Source of the DNA: an uncultured Acidobacteriota bacterium
GTDB taxonomy: Bacteria > Acidobacteriota > Thermoanaerobaculia > Gp7-AA8
Assembly: GCA_963822445.1 (NCBI GenBank)
Contig: CAWGHO010000003.1
Span: 1,344,001 to 1,408,000, forward strand
DNA: 64,000 nt
Direction: 5' to 3'
Part shown: positions 1-10,349 of the stretch, piece by piece
How the letters are laid out: every line of letters starts with the position of its first letter
How positions within the stretch are numbered: position 1 is the stretch's first letter
Made by a program: the position numbers and the translations under genes
Notes under the pieces: model-generated
The model's database searches: none
What the model was told of the DNA's origin: nothing
What the model saw: only the letters and a program-made list of their open reading frames with translations

Positions 1-234
1 CTCTTCCTCTTCGTGGCCTGGCGCACAGGCTCGCGGTTTCTGAAGGGGTACACGATCGCGAACGCGATCCTCTTCCTGATCCTGATGCCGGTCATGAGCG
101 GCGCGACGGCGTTTTCACTCGATGAGTACCGCGGGATCCTCCAGCGCGTGGCCGCGCTGGTGATGTACGTGCCGATCGGTGTCGTGGCGGCGGTGTTGTT
201 GCGCGTCGATACGTCACGAGGGTCATTTGAGTGA
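1..234 (+). CDS. Membrane protein, C-terminal part (DUF998-like), truncated by the window edge
   Basis: Open frame from the window start with hydrophobic helices and a 'GILQR' segment resembling the DUF998 C-terminus. Confidence 0.45.
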   Translation, partial: LFLFVAWRTGSRFLKGYTIANAILFLILMPVMSGATAFSLDEYRGILQRVAALVMYVPIGVVAAVLLRVDTSRGSFE

Positions 235-470
235 AGAAGAGGCAGTCAGTCGATATCGCCAGCGCCGACCGACAGGCCGCACTCTTGCCGCTGCTGGATG
301 ACATCAACGCTCATGCGAGAGCATGGTCGGCGGCCCACGCTCTGGAGTTCGCACCAGAACGCGGCGAGGCTGTTTTGAACCGTCTCGCAAGCGGCAGCCC
401 GAGCCTCGTCCGGCTCAACGCGGAGATGACACTCTCTGAATGGAAGAAGGGATCACTGGCGTTCCCCTAG
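231..470 (+). CDS. Hypothetical protein (79 aa)
   Basis: GTG start overlaps the upstream stop (GTGA) and the gene is co-directional with its neighbours; no motif recognised. Confidence 0.35.
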   Translation: MKKRQSVDIASADRQAALLPLLDDINAHARAWSAAHALEFAPERGEAVLNRLASGSPSLVRLNAEMTLSEWKKGSLAFP

Positions 471-490
471 GCAAGATCAGGGTTCGTTCA

Positions 491-802
491 ATGGCACGCT
501 TGCTACTTCCGGAAGACTTTGATGAAAGGGCGGAGGTCGAGGCCGAGTTGCGCGGCTATTTGAGCCACGCCCGGGTTCAGCTCGACGACGGCCGCATCTT
601 TCCGGTCTTCTTCGTCGACCCGGTACGCCTTCGCCAGGAGCTCGAGGACTCGGACCCGCCAGTCTTCGCGGAAGTGGGGCTCATTGTCGTGCCGGACGTT
701 ACACGCCGCGCCATGGAAGCGGCGGTTGCCTTCCTGGCGTGCGGCCGATTCTTCGAATTCTTACGGCCGCTGCAGGAGGGTGATCGTCCATGGGAACCAT
801 GA
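491..802 (+). CDS. Hypothetical protein, possible immunity-type protein
   Basis: ATG at 491; 'FPVFFVDPVRLRQELE...FAEVGLIVVPDVT' reads like a real conserved small protein; adjacent to a CdiI-like gene. Confidence 0.6.
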   Translation: MARLLLPEDFDERAEVEAELRGYLSHARVQLDDGRIFPVFFVDPVRLRQELEDSDPPVFAEVGLIVVPDVTRRAMEAAVAFLACGRFFEFLRPLQEGDRPWEP

Positions 803-818
803 AAGTGATCATGATCCG

Positions 819-1277
819 ATGAGGCACGCTGCCGTTTACCGACGACGTGACAAGTTCATTGTGCATCCCGATGGGAAGACGACCGCGGGCGTCTACATCG
901 CGATCGAGCCTTTCATCGTGCTGCCGGCGTCAGCGGACGCGGCGGCGATAGGAAGTGCTCTTCGAAGGGCTTTGGCGGCCTTCAAAGACGGTCTGAGACA
1001 TCCGCTGCCTCACGAGTGGGACGCGCTTGCGATGCCCTTGTATGCAGCGGCTGGCGTGAAGAGTTGGGGAGTGTTCGCGAGAGGCGCGGACCTGACGCAT
1101 GTCGAAGGCTACGATGATGTGATCCGTCTTCTGCCACAGGAGAACCGCGGAGCGCGGAATGGTTTTCAACCGATGGGACTGCCGGTGCTCGAAGTGCCGC
1201 CAACGATCTCGGACCACGAGCTGGGATCGGCGGTCCTCAACGCTCTCGATCTCGCTCGCTCGGATGGAAGCGCGTGA
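819..1277 (+). CDS. CdiI-like (DUF1436-type) contact-dependent inhibition immunity protein, orphan
   Basis: Two 'IGSALRRAL' / 'ELGSAVLNAL' helices, 'GVKSW..F' and 'IRLLP' segments resemble the DUF1436/CdiI pattern. Confidence 0.55.
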   Translation: MRHAAVYRRRDKFIVHPDGKTTAGVYIAIEPFIVLPASADAAAIGSALRRALAAFKDGLRHPLPHEWDALAMPLYAAAGVKSWGVFARGADLTHVEGYDDVIRLLPQENRGARNGFQPMGLPVLEVPPTISDHELGSAVLNALDLARSDGSA

Positions 1278-1280
1278 ACG

Positions 1281-4200
1281 TCACGACACGTCGTCGATCG
1301 CCGCGATCAGCGCCGCCGCGTCATACGGCTTGAACAGGAACGACACTGTCGGTTTGGACAGGTACTGGTCGAGGCGCGATGCATCGGCGTGACCGGTCGA
1401 GAAGATCACCGGCAGCTCCGGATGCGCCTCGGCGATCACGTCATACACGGCCGGGCCCTCCATGTCCGGAAGGCCGACGTCGAGCACTATCACATCGGGA
1501 GGTGCGGCCCTGACGGCTTCGATCGCGGCCGCGCCCGAGCCCGCCGTCTCGACGATCAGCCCTTCCAGCTCCAGCAGGGAGGCGATGCCCGCGGCCACGG
1601 ACGGCTCATCTTCCACCAGCAACACCCGCCGCTTTCGCACGTGCGGCCGCTTTTCGGTTTGCGGCTTTGCGTCGGCGGCGGACGTCATCTCCTCGCCGGC
1701 CGCCGGAACGAAGATGTGGAACGTCGTCCCGGCGCCGAGAGCGCTTTCCACGAAAATCTCCCCGCCGTGGCGCATCACGATCTGGTGTGCGAGCGCGAGG
1801 CCGAGTCCCGTTCCCGTTTTCTTCGTCGTGAAGAGAAGATCGAAGATGTGCCGGCGCGTCTCGGCGCTCATGCCTTCGCCGGTGTCACGCACCATGAGGT
1901 GGATGAATCGTTCCGGCCGTTCGACGACGCCGAACGCGAATTTCGCATCCGGCGCCTCGCGCAACGCCCGAATCGTCAGCATGCCGCCGGAGGGCATCGC
2001 GTCGCGCGCGTTGAGGATCAGATTCGTCAGCATCTGATGGAGTTGCGTGACGTCGCCGTCGATCGCCAGCCCCTCGTCCGACACGACGTCGAGCGTGATC
2101 CCTGCCGGGAGCAGCGAGTGCGCCTCCGCGGTCACCGCGCGAAGCCACTCGCTCACGTCGACGCGCGCCCGGGACGGTTCGGCCGGTTGGGTGAAGCGAA
2201 GGATCTCACTGGTGATCCGCTTGCCGCGGGCGATGGACTGCGTAATCTGGCCGAGGGAGCTGTCGATGCGGTCCCGCGCGGTCGTACGCCGGATCACTTC
2301 CACGAACGGCGCGATGCCCATGAGCACGTTGTTGAACTCGTGGGCGACCGTCGCCGCCAGCCGGCCGAGGCTGGAAAGGCGATTGGCCTGTTCCAGCTTC
2401 CTCTCCAGTTTCCGCCGTTCGGTGATGTCGCTGAACGTGACCACCACGCCGAGCGTCCGCCCGTCATCGATCAGCGGCGAGGCCGAGTACTCGACCGGGA
2501 AAGGGGTGTCGTCCATCCGCCAGAACGTGTCCTCGGCCACGACCAGCGTCGCGCCGTTGTGAAGGACCTCCATGATCGGGCATTCCGCCAGCGGCCGCGC
2601 CGAGCCGTCCGCATACTTCGAGTGACAGAGTGCGTGCATCTTCCTGCCGGCCAGCTCTTCGACGGACGAGCCGAGCATGCGCGCCGCGGAGCCGTTGATC
2701 AACTGGCAACGGCCCTCGTCGTCGACGGCAACGATTCCCTCGGCAGTCGACTCGAGAAGGAGTTGCAGACTGGCGGTCAGCTGCTGGCGCTCCCGTTCGA
2801 TGCGCCGTCGTTCGGTCACGTCGCGGGCGAAACCGTGCATGGAGACGACCTCGCCGTTCACGACCTTCGGCACCAGGGTCAGGTCGAGAAGGAGCGGCGT
2901 CCCATCGGCGCGGAGCGCGGTGGCTTCCCACGTCAGCGTCTTCCGGTCTCTCTTCAGCTCCGCGAACAGCTCCCGGGCCTGCTGTTGGTCGTCGCCGTGG
3001 AAGAGGTCCCCGAACGGCCTTCCGATGAGAGGCTCGCCGCTGCGGCCGGTGAAGGTGTCGAACGCGCGGTTGATCGCGCAGATGACGCCGTCGCTGTCGA
3101 CGTCGAAGATGATCTCCGAGGCGCCCTCGACGACGGAGCGATAACGCTCTTCCGATGCCACGAGAGCCCGCGTGGTCCGTTCGCGCTCCATCGCTTCGGC
3201 CAGTGCATTCGCCAGCGACTGCATGAAGTGCACGTCGGCCTGCGTGAACGCGCGGGCCATGCTGCCGTAGGCGCTCAGCACACCGAAGAACGTCTTCGAG
3301 CCGACCAGCGGGACCGACATCCCGCTTCGTACGCCTGCTGCCGCGGCTGAGGCTTTAACCTCCCTGCTGAACCTTCCGTCCTGAAAATAGTCCGTGACCA
3401 CGACCGGCTGCCTGGTCATCGCCGTCTTTCCGGTTTGCGAATCGTCGCCGACCACGGTGATGGCTTTCAGGTCGGGATGCCACACCTCGCCGGCGCGGAC
3501 GACGAGCTTTCCATTCGTGCGGGCATGGAGCAGCGCGTGCTCGACGCGGAGACCGATCCGGACCAGCTCGCACGCGCGGTCGAGTGTCTTCTGATCGACG
3601 CTGGTGAACGCCAGCGCTCCGAGCTCGGCGATCGCGCTTTCCTGCATGGCGCGAACGCGCAGCTCCACATCGGCGCCGGCCCGCTCGATCGATTGGCCGA
3701 GGATCGTTGCGATCGTGCTCAAGAACTCGATCTCGCTGTGCTCGAGAACGCGTTGCGCGTGCGAGTACGCGCCGATGAATCCCCAGGCCTCGCCGCCGGC
3801 TCCGATCGGCACCGTCGCGCCGCCGTGGAGTCCATGACGCAGGAGCAGGTCGGCGGGGCGAAAGCGATCATCGGTGGCGATGTCGCGGCTGATGATCGCC
3901 GTGCGCTCGCGGAGGGTGTAGGTGGCCAGGGAAAGTGGTCCGGCCGGACGCGCGTCATTGACGGTGCCCGGTTCCCAGCCGACTCCGGCGACCATGACCA
4001 GACGATCGCCAGAGGCCTTCGTCACTTCGCAGGCATCGACCTTCAGCACCTCGCCGGCGAACGCCGCGGCCTCGTGAAACAACTCGGTCATGCCCGCGCC
4101 GCTGAGAGCGAGATGGCTGAGGTTCGCAATCGCCGATTGCTGGATCGCGTAGCGGCGGATGCCTTCCTCGGCGCGGCGGGCGTCGGTGACGTCCTGGGCC

Positions 4201-5687
4201 ACGGTGATGACTTCCTGCGCCGCTCCCCGTGCGTCCGTCATCACGCGCGTGGATGCGTGAAGCGTCCGGACGTCCCCGTCCGGCAACACGATCCTGCAGT
4301 CCGTCTCGACGGGGACCTTCAGGCTCAGAGCGTGGCGGGCGAGGGACGTCACCCGCTCGCGATCGGCCGGATGAAGCATCGAGCGCATCTCGGTGACGTT
4401 CAGGACGATGCCCGGCGGGAGGCCGAACATCCGCGACATCTCGTCCGACCAGGTTTGCGCGCCGGTCGCGAGCACGTACTGCCAGCTTCCAATCCCGGCC
4501 AGCCGCTGCGCCTCCGCGAGCTGTTCCTTGTGTGCGCGCAGCTCGTGCTCGGCGCGTTTCGTGGTCGAGATGTCGTTGGACACGGTCACGACTCCGGTGA
4601 TCGCTCCCTGTTCGTCGTGGATCGGGGCGGCCACGACCCAGGCCGGGAAGTGGGAGCCGTCCCGGCGCTGCAGCATCAGCTCGCCGGTCCAGCTCTCGCC
4701 GGCCCGCAATCGATCGAGCGTCTCCGCAGCCAGCGGCTTCACGTAGGACGGCGCGGTCACCTCCAGGATGTTCCGGTCCCGCACCTCCGCCGCCTCCCAA
4801 CCGTACAGCTCCTCGGCATGGCGGTTCCAGTAGGTGATCCGGTCCTGCAGATCGGTGGCAACGACTGCCTGTTCGACCGAGTCGAGCAGGCGCGCCTGAA
4901 GAGCGAGCCGTTCGGTGGTCGCGTGCCGTTCGCTGACGTCGTCGACCAGCACGATGATCTCCTCGAGACTCTCGTCGGTGCCGATCATCGGCGTGATGGT
5001 GAGGTGGACGCGGACCGTACGGCCGGCACTGTGAAGGAATCGCGTCTCGCCCTCCGTCGGCAAGCGCGCGGAGAACCGCGCCTCGGCCTCGGCGGCGTCG
5101 TCAGGATGAAGGAGAGTGGTGAAGCGGCGCCCGATCAGCTCCCGCTTCGTGTAACCCACGACCGACGCGAAATGCTCGTTCACGCTGGTGAGGCGGCCGG
5201 AGGCGCTGACGTTTGCGATCCCGATCGGAGCCTGCTCGAAGGTGCGCCGGTAACGCTCCCTGTTCTGGCGCAGCTCGGCGAAGAGGTGAGTGCGCTCGTC
5301 GCGCGTCGCCGCGTCGCGAAGTTCCCGGCGCACGGTTCCCGCGAGGCGGGGGAGCTGGTCCTTCCTCACGTAATCGTTCGCGCCGGTACGGATCGCTTCC
5401 GCGGCGTGCTCTTCGCCGTCGCCGGAGAGCATCACGAAGGGAAGATTCGGGGAGAACTCGCGGACGAGCTTCAACGCGTCGAAGCCGGACCAGCCAGTGA
5501 GCTTCTCCTCGGCGATGACGATGCTCCAGGACGCCTTCTCGAGCGCCTGGGCGACGGAGTGGCTGTCGAAAGCGGTCCGCCAGCTGGCCTCGATCCCGTC
5601 CCGCCGGAGCTGGCCGATGACAGCTTCGCCGTCCCGCTCCCGGCCGATGTACAGCAAGCGCACCATGAGTTTGTCGTCCAACGTCAT
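1281..5687 (-). CDS. Hybrid sensor histidine kinase (pseudo-REC, PAS x3, GAF x2, PAS x2, HisKA, HATPase, REC)
   Basis: H-box AHEFNN, N-box NLILNARDA, DTGEG and GTGLGLA boxes, C-terminal REC 'LLVEDE...VLDVGLPD', repeated PAS/GAF segments. Confidence 0.93.
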   Translation of the reverse strand: MTLDDKLMVRLLYIGRERDGEAVIGQLRRDGIEASWRTAFDSHSVAQALEKASWSIVIAEEKLTGWSGFDALKLVREFSPNLPFVMLSGDGEEHAAEAIRTGANDYVRKDQLPRLAGTVRRELRDAATRDERTHLFAELRQNRERYRRTFEQAPIGIANVSASGRLTSVNEHFASVVGYTKRELIGRRFTTLLHPDDAAEAEARFSARLPTEGETRFLHSAGRTVRVHLTITPMIGTDESLEEIIVLVDDVSERHATTERLALQARLLDSVEQAVVATDLQDRITYWNRHAEELYGWEAAEVRDRNILEVTAPSYVKPLAAETLDRLRAGESWTGELMLQRRDGSHFPAWVVAAPIHDEQGAITGVVTVSNDISTTKRAEHELRAHKEQLAEAQRLAGIGSWQYVLATGAQTWSDEMSRMFGLPPGIVLNVTEMRSMLHPADRERVTSLARHALSLKVPVETDCRIVLPDGDVRTLHASTRVMTDARGAAQEVITVAQDVTDARRAEEGIRRYAIQQSAIANLSHLALSGAGMTELFHEAAAFAGEVLKVDACEVTKASGDRLVMVAGVGWEPGTVNDARPAGPLSLATYTLRERTAIISRDIATDDRFRPADLLLRHGLHGGATVPIGAGGEAWGFIGAYSHAQRVLEHSEIEFLSTIATILGQSIERAGADVELRVRAMQESAIAELGALAFTSVDQKTLDRACELVRIGLRVEHALLHARTNGKLVVRAGEVWHPDLKAITVVGDDSQTGKTAMTRQPVVVTDYFQDGRFSREVKASAAAAGVRSGMSVPLVGSKTFFGVLSAYGSMARAFTQADVHFMQSLANALAEAMERERTTRALVASEERYRSVVEGASEIIFDVDSDGVICAINRAFDTFTGRSGEPLIGRPFGDLFHGDDQQQARELFAELKRDRKTLTWEATALRADGTPLLLDLTLVPKVVNGEVVSMHGFARDVTERRRIERERQQLTASLQLLLESTAEGIVAVDDEGRCQLINGSAARMLGSSVEELAGRKMHALCHSKYADGSARPLAECPIMEVLHNGATLVVAEDTFWRMDDTPFPVEYSASPLIDDGRTLGVVVTFSDITERRKLERKLEQANRLSSLGRLAATVAHEFNNVLMGIAPFVEVIRRTTARDRIDSSLGQITQSIARGKRITSEILRFTQPAEPSRARVDVSEWLRAVTAEAHSLLPAGITLDVVSDEGLAIDGDVTQLHQMLTNLILNARDAMPSGGMLTIRALREAPDAKFAFGVVERPERFIHLMVRDTGEGMSAETRRHIFDLLFTTKKTGTGLGLALAHQIVMRHGGEIFVESALGAGTTFHIFVPAAGEEMTSAADAKPQTEKRPHVRKRRVLLVEDEPSVAAGIASLLELEGLIVETAGSGAAAIEAVRAAPPDVIVLDVGLPDMEGPAVYDVIAEAHPELPVIFSTGHADASRLDQYLSKPTVSFLFKPYDAAALIAAIDDVS

Positions 5688-5752
5688 TCCGGGCAGCGGG
5701 ACTTATGGCAGTTAATTAGGCACCCGCCTATCGGAGCGTACGTACAAAGCGC

Positions 5753-5768
5753 GTAAGACACGTCTTAC
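5753..5768. promoter_or_regulatory. Palindromic 7-2-7 site (GTAAGAC-AC-GTCTTAC), GacA/UvrY-box-like
   Basis: Perfect inverted repeat between the regulator stop and the kinase start; minus strand reads TGTAAG-N6-CTTACG versus the GacA box TGTAAG-N6-CTTACA. Confidence 0.6.
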
Positions 5769-5778
5769 ACGCGGCGTT

Positions 5779-6417
5779 TCAAATCAGTTTGTTTCTGATT
5801 GCGTAACCCACGATGTCCGCGTTCGAACTGAAGCCGGCTTTCTCGAGAATCCGCGCGCGATACGTGCTCACCGTTTTCACGCTGAGGTTCAACATCCCCG
5901 CGATCTCGGTAGGGGACCTGCCGAGCGACAGGAGCCGGAAGACCTCGAACTCGCGCGCTGACAATCGCTCGTGCGGCTGCTTCACGCCGTCTTTTTCGAG
6001 GCTTCGTGCAACCTCCTCGGCCACGGCCGGCGTCACATACCGCCGCCCGCCGGCCACCCCGGCAATCGCGCTGAGAATCTCCGCCGGCTCCGTGTTGCGT
6101 CGCAGAAACGCGTTCGCACCCGCGCGGAGAAAAGGGATCGCGTACTGCGATTCCGGATAGGTCGAGAGGACGATCAGCGACACGGCAGGGAACTCCGCAC
6201 GAATGCGAGTGACGACGTCGAGACCGCTGCTCGAGCCGAGCGGCACGTCGAGGACGACCACGTCGAACGGCTCGTTGCGAAGACAGCCGGCCAGCTCATC
6301 GGCGCTGGCCGCTTCCCCCGCTACGGCCCATTCCGGGCGTGCCCGGACGATCTCGCGCAGACCCTTGCGAACGATCGGATCATCCCCGGCAACCAGCAAC
6401 CTCACTGAAGTCATCAT
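5779..6417 (-). CDS. NarL/UvrY-family response regulator (REC + LuxR HTH)
   Basis: REC 'DVVVLDV'; HTH 'LSAREFEVFRLL..G.S..EIA..LNLSVKTVSTYRARILEK'; start taken at MMTSVRLL. Confidence 0.92.
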   Translation of the reverse strand: MMTSVRLLVAGDDPIVRKGLREIVRARPEWAVAGEAASADELAGCLRNEPFDVVVLDVPLGSSSGLDVVTRIRAEFPAVSLIVLSTYPESQYAIPFLRAGANAFLRRNTEPAEILSAIAGVAGGRRYVTPAVAEEVARSLEKDGVKQPHERLSAREFEVFRLLSLGRSPTEIAGMLNLSVKTVSTYRARILEKAGFSSNADIVGYAIRNKLI

Positions 6418-6485
6418 CGCGGCGCCACGTCGGCAGACACATAATTCCGCAGAACCATCGTTATGCGGTGTAAAGAAATCGTGGG

Positions 6486-7616
6486 TCATGCCGCCGCCGC
6501 GCTCCAGTGCGAAGCCTCGCGAGGGATGCTGAAGTAGTAGCCCTGGGCCAGCTCGATGCCCAGCTCTCCTGCCGCGGCGGCCGTGGCCTCGGTCTCAATG
6601 CCCTCGAGGACCGTCGTGCAACCGAAGTCCCGGGCCAGGGACAGGACGTTGCGCACCACCCGCCGTTTGTCATGGTCCGACTCGAAGTCCGTTCCGAAGA
6701 CATTGCTGATCTTGAAGAAGGATGGACGCGTCATCGAGATCGTGCCGATGTGCGAGTACGCCGAAGCGTGATCGTCGAGGGCGAAGCGCACTCCGGCCTC
6801 GCGCAGCGCGCTGAACGTGCCCGCGCATACCGGATCCCCGGAAAGGGAGCTGCGCTCGGTGATCTCCAGAACGATCCTGCTCAGCGGGATGCCCGAACGC
6901 GCGGCCGTTGCCACGACTTCACCGGCCAGCAAAGGGTCACTGAAGGTCGGCGGATCGACGTTGATGAACACGAGCGATTCCCGCGGCAGCGCCGCGGCCG
7001 AGCGGATTGCCGAAACGATCGCCGCACGGTTGAGTGTGACCGCTCGCCCGGACCGCACCGCGTATTCGAAGAGCGCCTGGACGCCGCCGAGCGGCCATCC
7101 TCCGCGCAGGCGGGTCAGGGCCTCGAACGCATAGGGTGCTCCACGTTCACCACCCGTTCGAACGATCGGCTGAAACGCCGTCTCGATCCGCGCCTCCGCC
7201 AGGACCTCATCGATGTCAGGAACGCGAACGACCCTGTACGGCGAGTCCTCCAGCGCGGCACGGCCGATGATGGCTTCGAGCTCCGACGTGTCGAACGGCT
7301 TGCTGAGGATCGCAGTCACGCCGTAACCCGAAACGGCTCCGCGTAGGGCGTCGGAGAGGAACCCGGTCATGAGAACGATGCGCGCGCCCGGCACGCGCGT
7401 CCGGATCCGATCGACGAAATGAAGTCCCTCGAAGCCGAACAGCCCCGAAAACTGCACGTCGGAGACGATGTCGGTGACGGGGAAGGTCTTGAGCGCGAGC
7501 TCGGCCGCGTGCACGTCGGGGCAGATCACAACCGTCCGCCCCGGGCGCTCGAGCGCGACGGCCATGGCCTCGGTGATGAGGCGCTCGTCGTCGATCAGAA
7601 GGATGGTCTGGCGCAT
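6486..7616 (-). CDS. REC-EAL domain response regulator (partly degenerate c-di-GMP phosphodiesterase)
   Basis: N-terminal REC 'LLIDDE'; FQPIV, FEALTR, LEITE, LEGIET, QGYYFS motifs; loop 6 reads DDHASAYS. Confidence 0.88.
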   Translation of the reverse strand: MRQTILLIDDERLITEAMAVALERPGRTVVICPDVHAAELALKTFPVTDIVSDVQFSGLFGFEGLHFVDRIRTRVPGARIVLMTGFLSDALRGAVSGYGVTAILSKPFDTSELEAIIGRAALEDSPYRVVRVPDIDEVLAEARIETAFQPIVRTGGERGAPYAFEALTRLRGGWPLGGVQALFEYAVRSGRAVTLNRAAIVSAIRSAAALPRESLVFINVDPPTFSDPLLAGEVVATAARSGIPLSRIVLEITERSSLSGDPVCAGTFSALREAGVRFALDDHASAYSHIGTISMTRPSFFKISNVFGTDFESDHDKRRVVRNVLSLARDFGCTTVLEGIETEATAAAAGELGIELAQGYYFSIPREASHWSAAAA

Positions 7617-7624
7617 GGGCTTCC

Positions 7625-7984
7625 TTACGCGATCCGCGCGAGCTCCCGGGTGTTTGCGGCCAGGCCGTGGGTCTTCAGGTAGAAATCGACGTCGCCTGCA
7701 GCGAGCGCATACAGCACCCGATCTCCGCCGCGACCGACCGAGCTCAGAAACGCCGCGCCGTCCTGCTGGACCAGCATCACGTCGCCGGCAATCTCGTGCG
7801 GCAGGGAGGCGAGAAACTGCAGATACTCGTCGGCCGAGGCGCAGCGGTCGATGATGACGCGCTCCACGTCATGCACAGCGGCGGCCTCCCTCAGTCGCGC
7901 GAGAGAGCCGACGTAGAGCGTCCCCGGATGCTTCCAGGAATGCTTCGCGTCATTCGAAACGATCAGAGTCAGGCGCTTGGTCAT
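7625..7984 (-). CDS. Hypothetical protein, possibly a degenerate receiver-like domain
   Basis: In operon; alternating beta/alpha pattern with 'VERVIID'. Confidence 0.6.
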   Translation of the reverse strand: MTKRLTLIVSNDAKHSWKHPGTLYVGSLARLREAAAVHDVERVIIDRCASADEYLQFLASLPHEIAGDVMLVQQDGAAFLSSVGRGGDRVLYALAAGDVDFYLKTHGLAANTRELARIA

Positions 7985-7999
7985 GGCGGCCGCTTTCTC

Positions 8000-8131
8000 T
8001 CAGTGCAGATGCTTGAGCGTGAACGTGAGGACCGTGATCGCGAGCGCCGGGGCGCAGAGCGCGACGAACACGCGCCAGCTTTCGCGGCCGTGGCGGAGGT
8101 CGGTGAGGGTCTCGGTCATGAATCGGCTCAT
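8000..8131 (-). CDS. Small membrane protein (43 aa, MSRFMTETLTDLRHGRESWRVFVALCAPALAITVLTFTLKHLH), below the ORF-track cutoff
   Basis: Translated by hand; ATG overlaps the upstream TGA (ATGA), AAGGAG RBS, one hydrophobic helix, fills the operon gap. Confidence 0.65.
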   Translation of the reverse strand: MSRFMTETLTDLRHGRESWRVFVALCAPALAITVLTFTLKHLH

Positions 8132-8472
8132 TTCAGGTCTCCTTCTTGATTGGCGGGGGATGGAAGAGGAACTTCACGGAATCCGAACTGGTCGCGCGGC
8201 CATACTTCGAGCGGCAACGAACGGCCATTGATGGTGTAGCTGGTGCGGCGGCGCGAGGCGATCAGCTCGATCGAGCCCTCGGCCGGCACGGTGTAGGTGT
8301 CTCCCGCATACCGGAACTCCTGTCCGGGCCTGCCCATGAAGCGGTAGCCGACCGTGGAGATGTTGCAGGTGACGGCCGGTTCCTGGACGGTCCTGGCCCG
8401 CTTGAAGAGAGCGCCGAGGTCGATCTCGACGTTGATCGAGGCGGTGAGGATGAGGGCTGCTGCGAGGGTCAT
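8128..8472 (-). CDS. Hypothetical exported beta-rich protein (114 aa)
   Basis: GGAG RBS, hydrophobic N-terminus, first gene of the operon. Confidence 0.65.
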   Translation of the reverse strand: MTLAAALILTASINVEIDLGALFKRARTVQEPAVTCNISTVGYRFMGRPGQEFRYAGDTYTVPAEGSIELIASRRRTSYTINGRSLPLEVWPRDQFGFREVPLPSPANQEGDLK

Positions 8473-8503
8473 TTGATCTGGGTCTCCGTTGCGCTTCCAC
8501 TAG

Positions 8504-8519
8504 TCCAAGACTGGCACCA
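8504..8519 (-). promoter_or_regulatory. Possible non-canonical sigma54 promoter (TGGTGC-N5-TTGGA)
   Basis: GG-N10-GG spacing just upstream of the RBS of the 8472 gene; a sigma54 activator gene is divergent. Confidence 0.35.
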
Positions 8520-8620
8520 CGACCCGAAAAGCGGCCAAACTCAAGACAGGAAGCGACTTATCTACAGACACATCCGTGGCGCTTGTGTTTGACATCAATA
8601 CAAGTGTCTAATTTCCGGTC

Positions 8621-9970
<1,350 letters not shown>

Positions 9971-9991
9971 GGCAGAGCCGCCGCACTCCAA
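9971..9991. repeat. Half copy of the REP-like 'GCCGCCGCACTCCA' family
   Basis: Matches the arm of the elements at 40726, 47467 and 58430. Confidence 0.45.
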
Positions 9992-10009
9992 CGGCCACAG
10001 CGTCGCCAG

Positions 10010-10336
10010 TCACTTTCCAGGCATCAGGAGTCTGACGCCTGAGTCGACGACCGCCCGAAGTACTTTCATGGCATTGGGGTGCGGATCTGCCGTCGGGTTG
10101 TCTCGCGTGTAAAGCACGCCCCCACCTCTGGCAGCGAGTCTTGTGAGCTCCTGCTTCAATTCTTCGAGCGTCACTTCACGTCCGTCGGCTGTTATGACGC
10201 CGCGCGAGGTTATGTGTACGGCGAGGATCTCCTCGGGAAACGTGGGGCGAGGCGGTTGATCAACCTGAGTACACGCAGCGAGGATGGCCGCGAACAGGAG
10301 GACGAGTGCAACTCGCGCAAACGGCGTGAATTTCAT
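10010..10336 (-). CDS. Lipoprotein with an ExbD/TolR-like periplasmic domain
   Basis: Lipobox 'LAAC'; 'VHITSRGVITADGREVTLEELKQEL' resembles the ExbD C-domain. Confidence 0.6.
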   Translation of the reverse strand: MKFTPFARVALVLLFAAILAACTQVDQPPRPTFPEEILAVHITSRGVITADGREVTLEELKQELTRLAARGGGVLYTRDNPTADPHPNAMKVLRAVVDSGVRLLMPGK

Positions 10337-10349
10337 AACGCGAGTATAG

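Noticed and set aside
1389-5756. Long plus-strand ORFs (653 and 773 aa) and similar long antisense ORFs elsewhere
   Set aside because: Shadow frames of high-GC genes, opposite well-supported CDSs and without motifs
8589-8612. TTGACA as the -35 of a sigma70 promoter for the sigma54 activator
   Set aside because: No acceptable -10 at 16-18 bp spacing; it lies in an imperfect palindrome of unclear role
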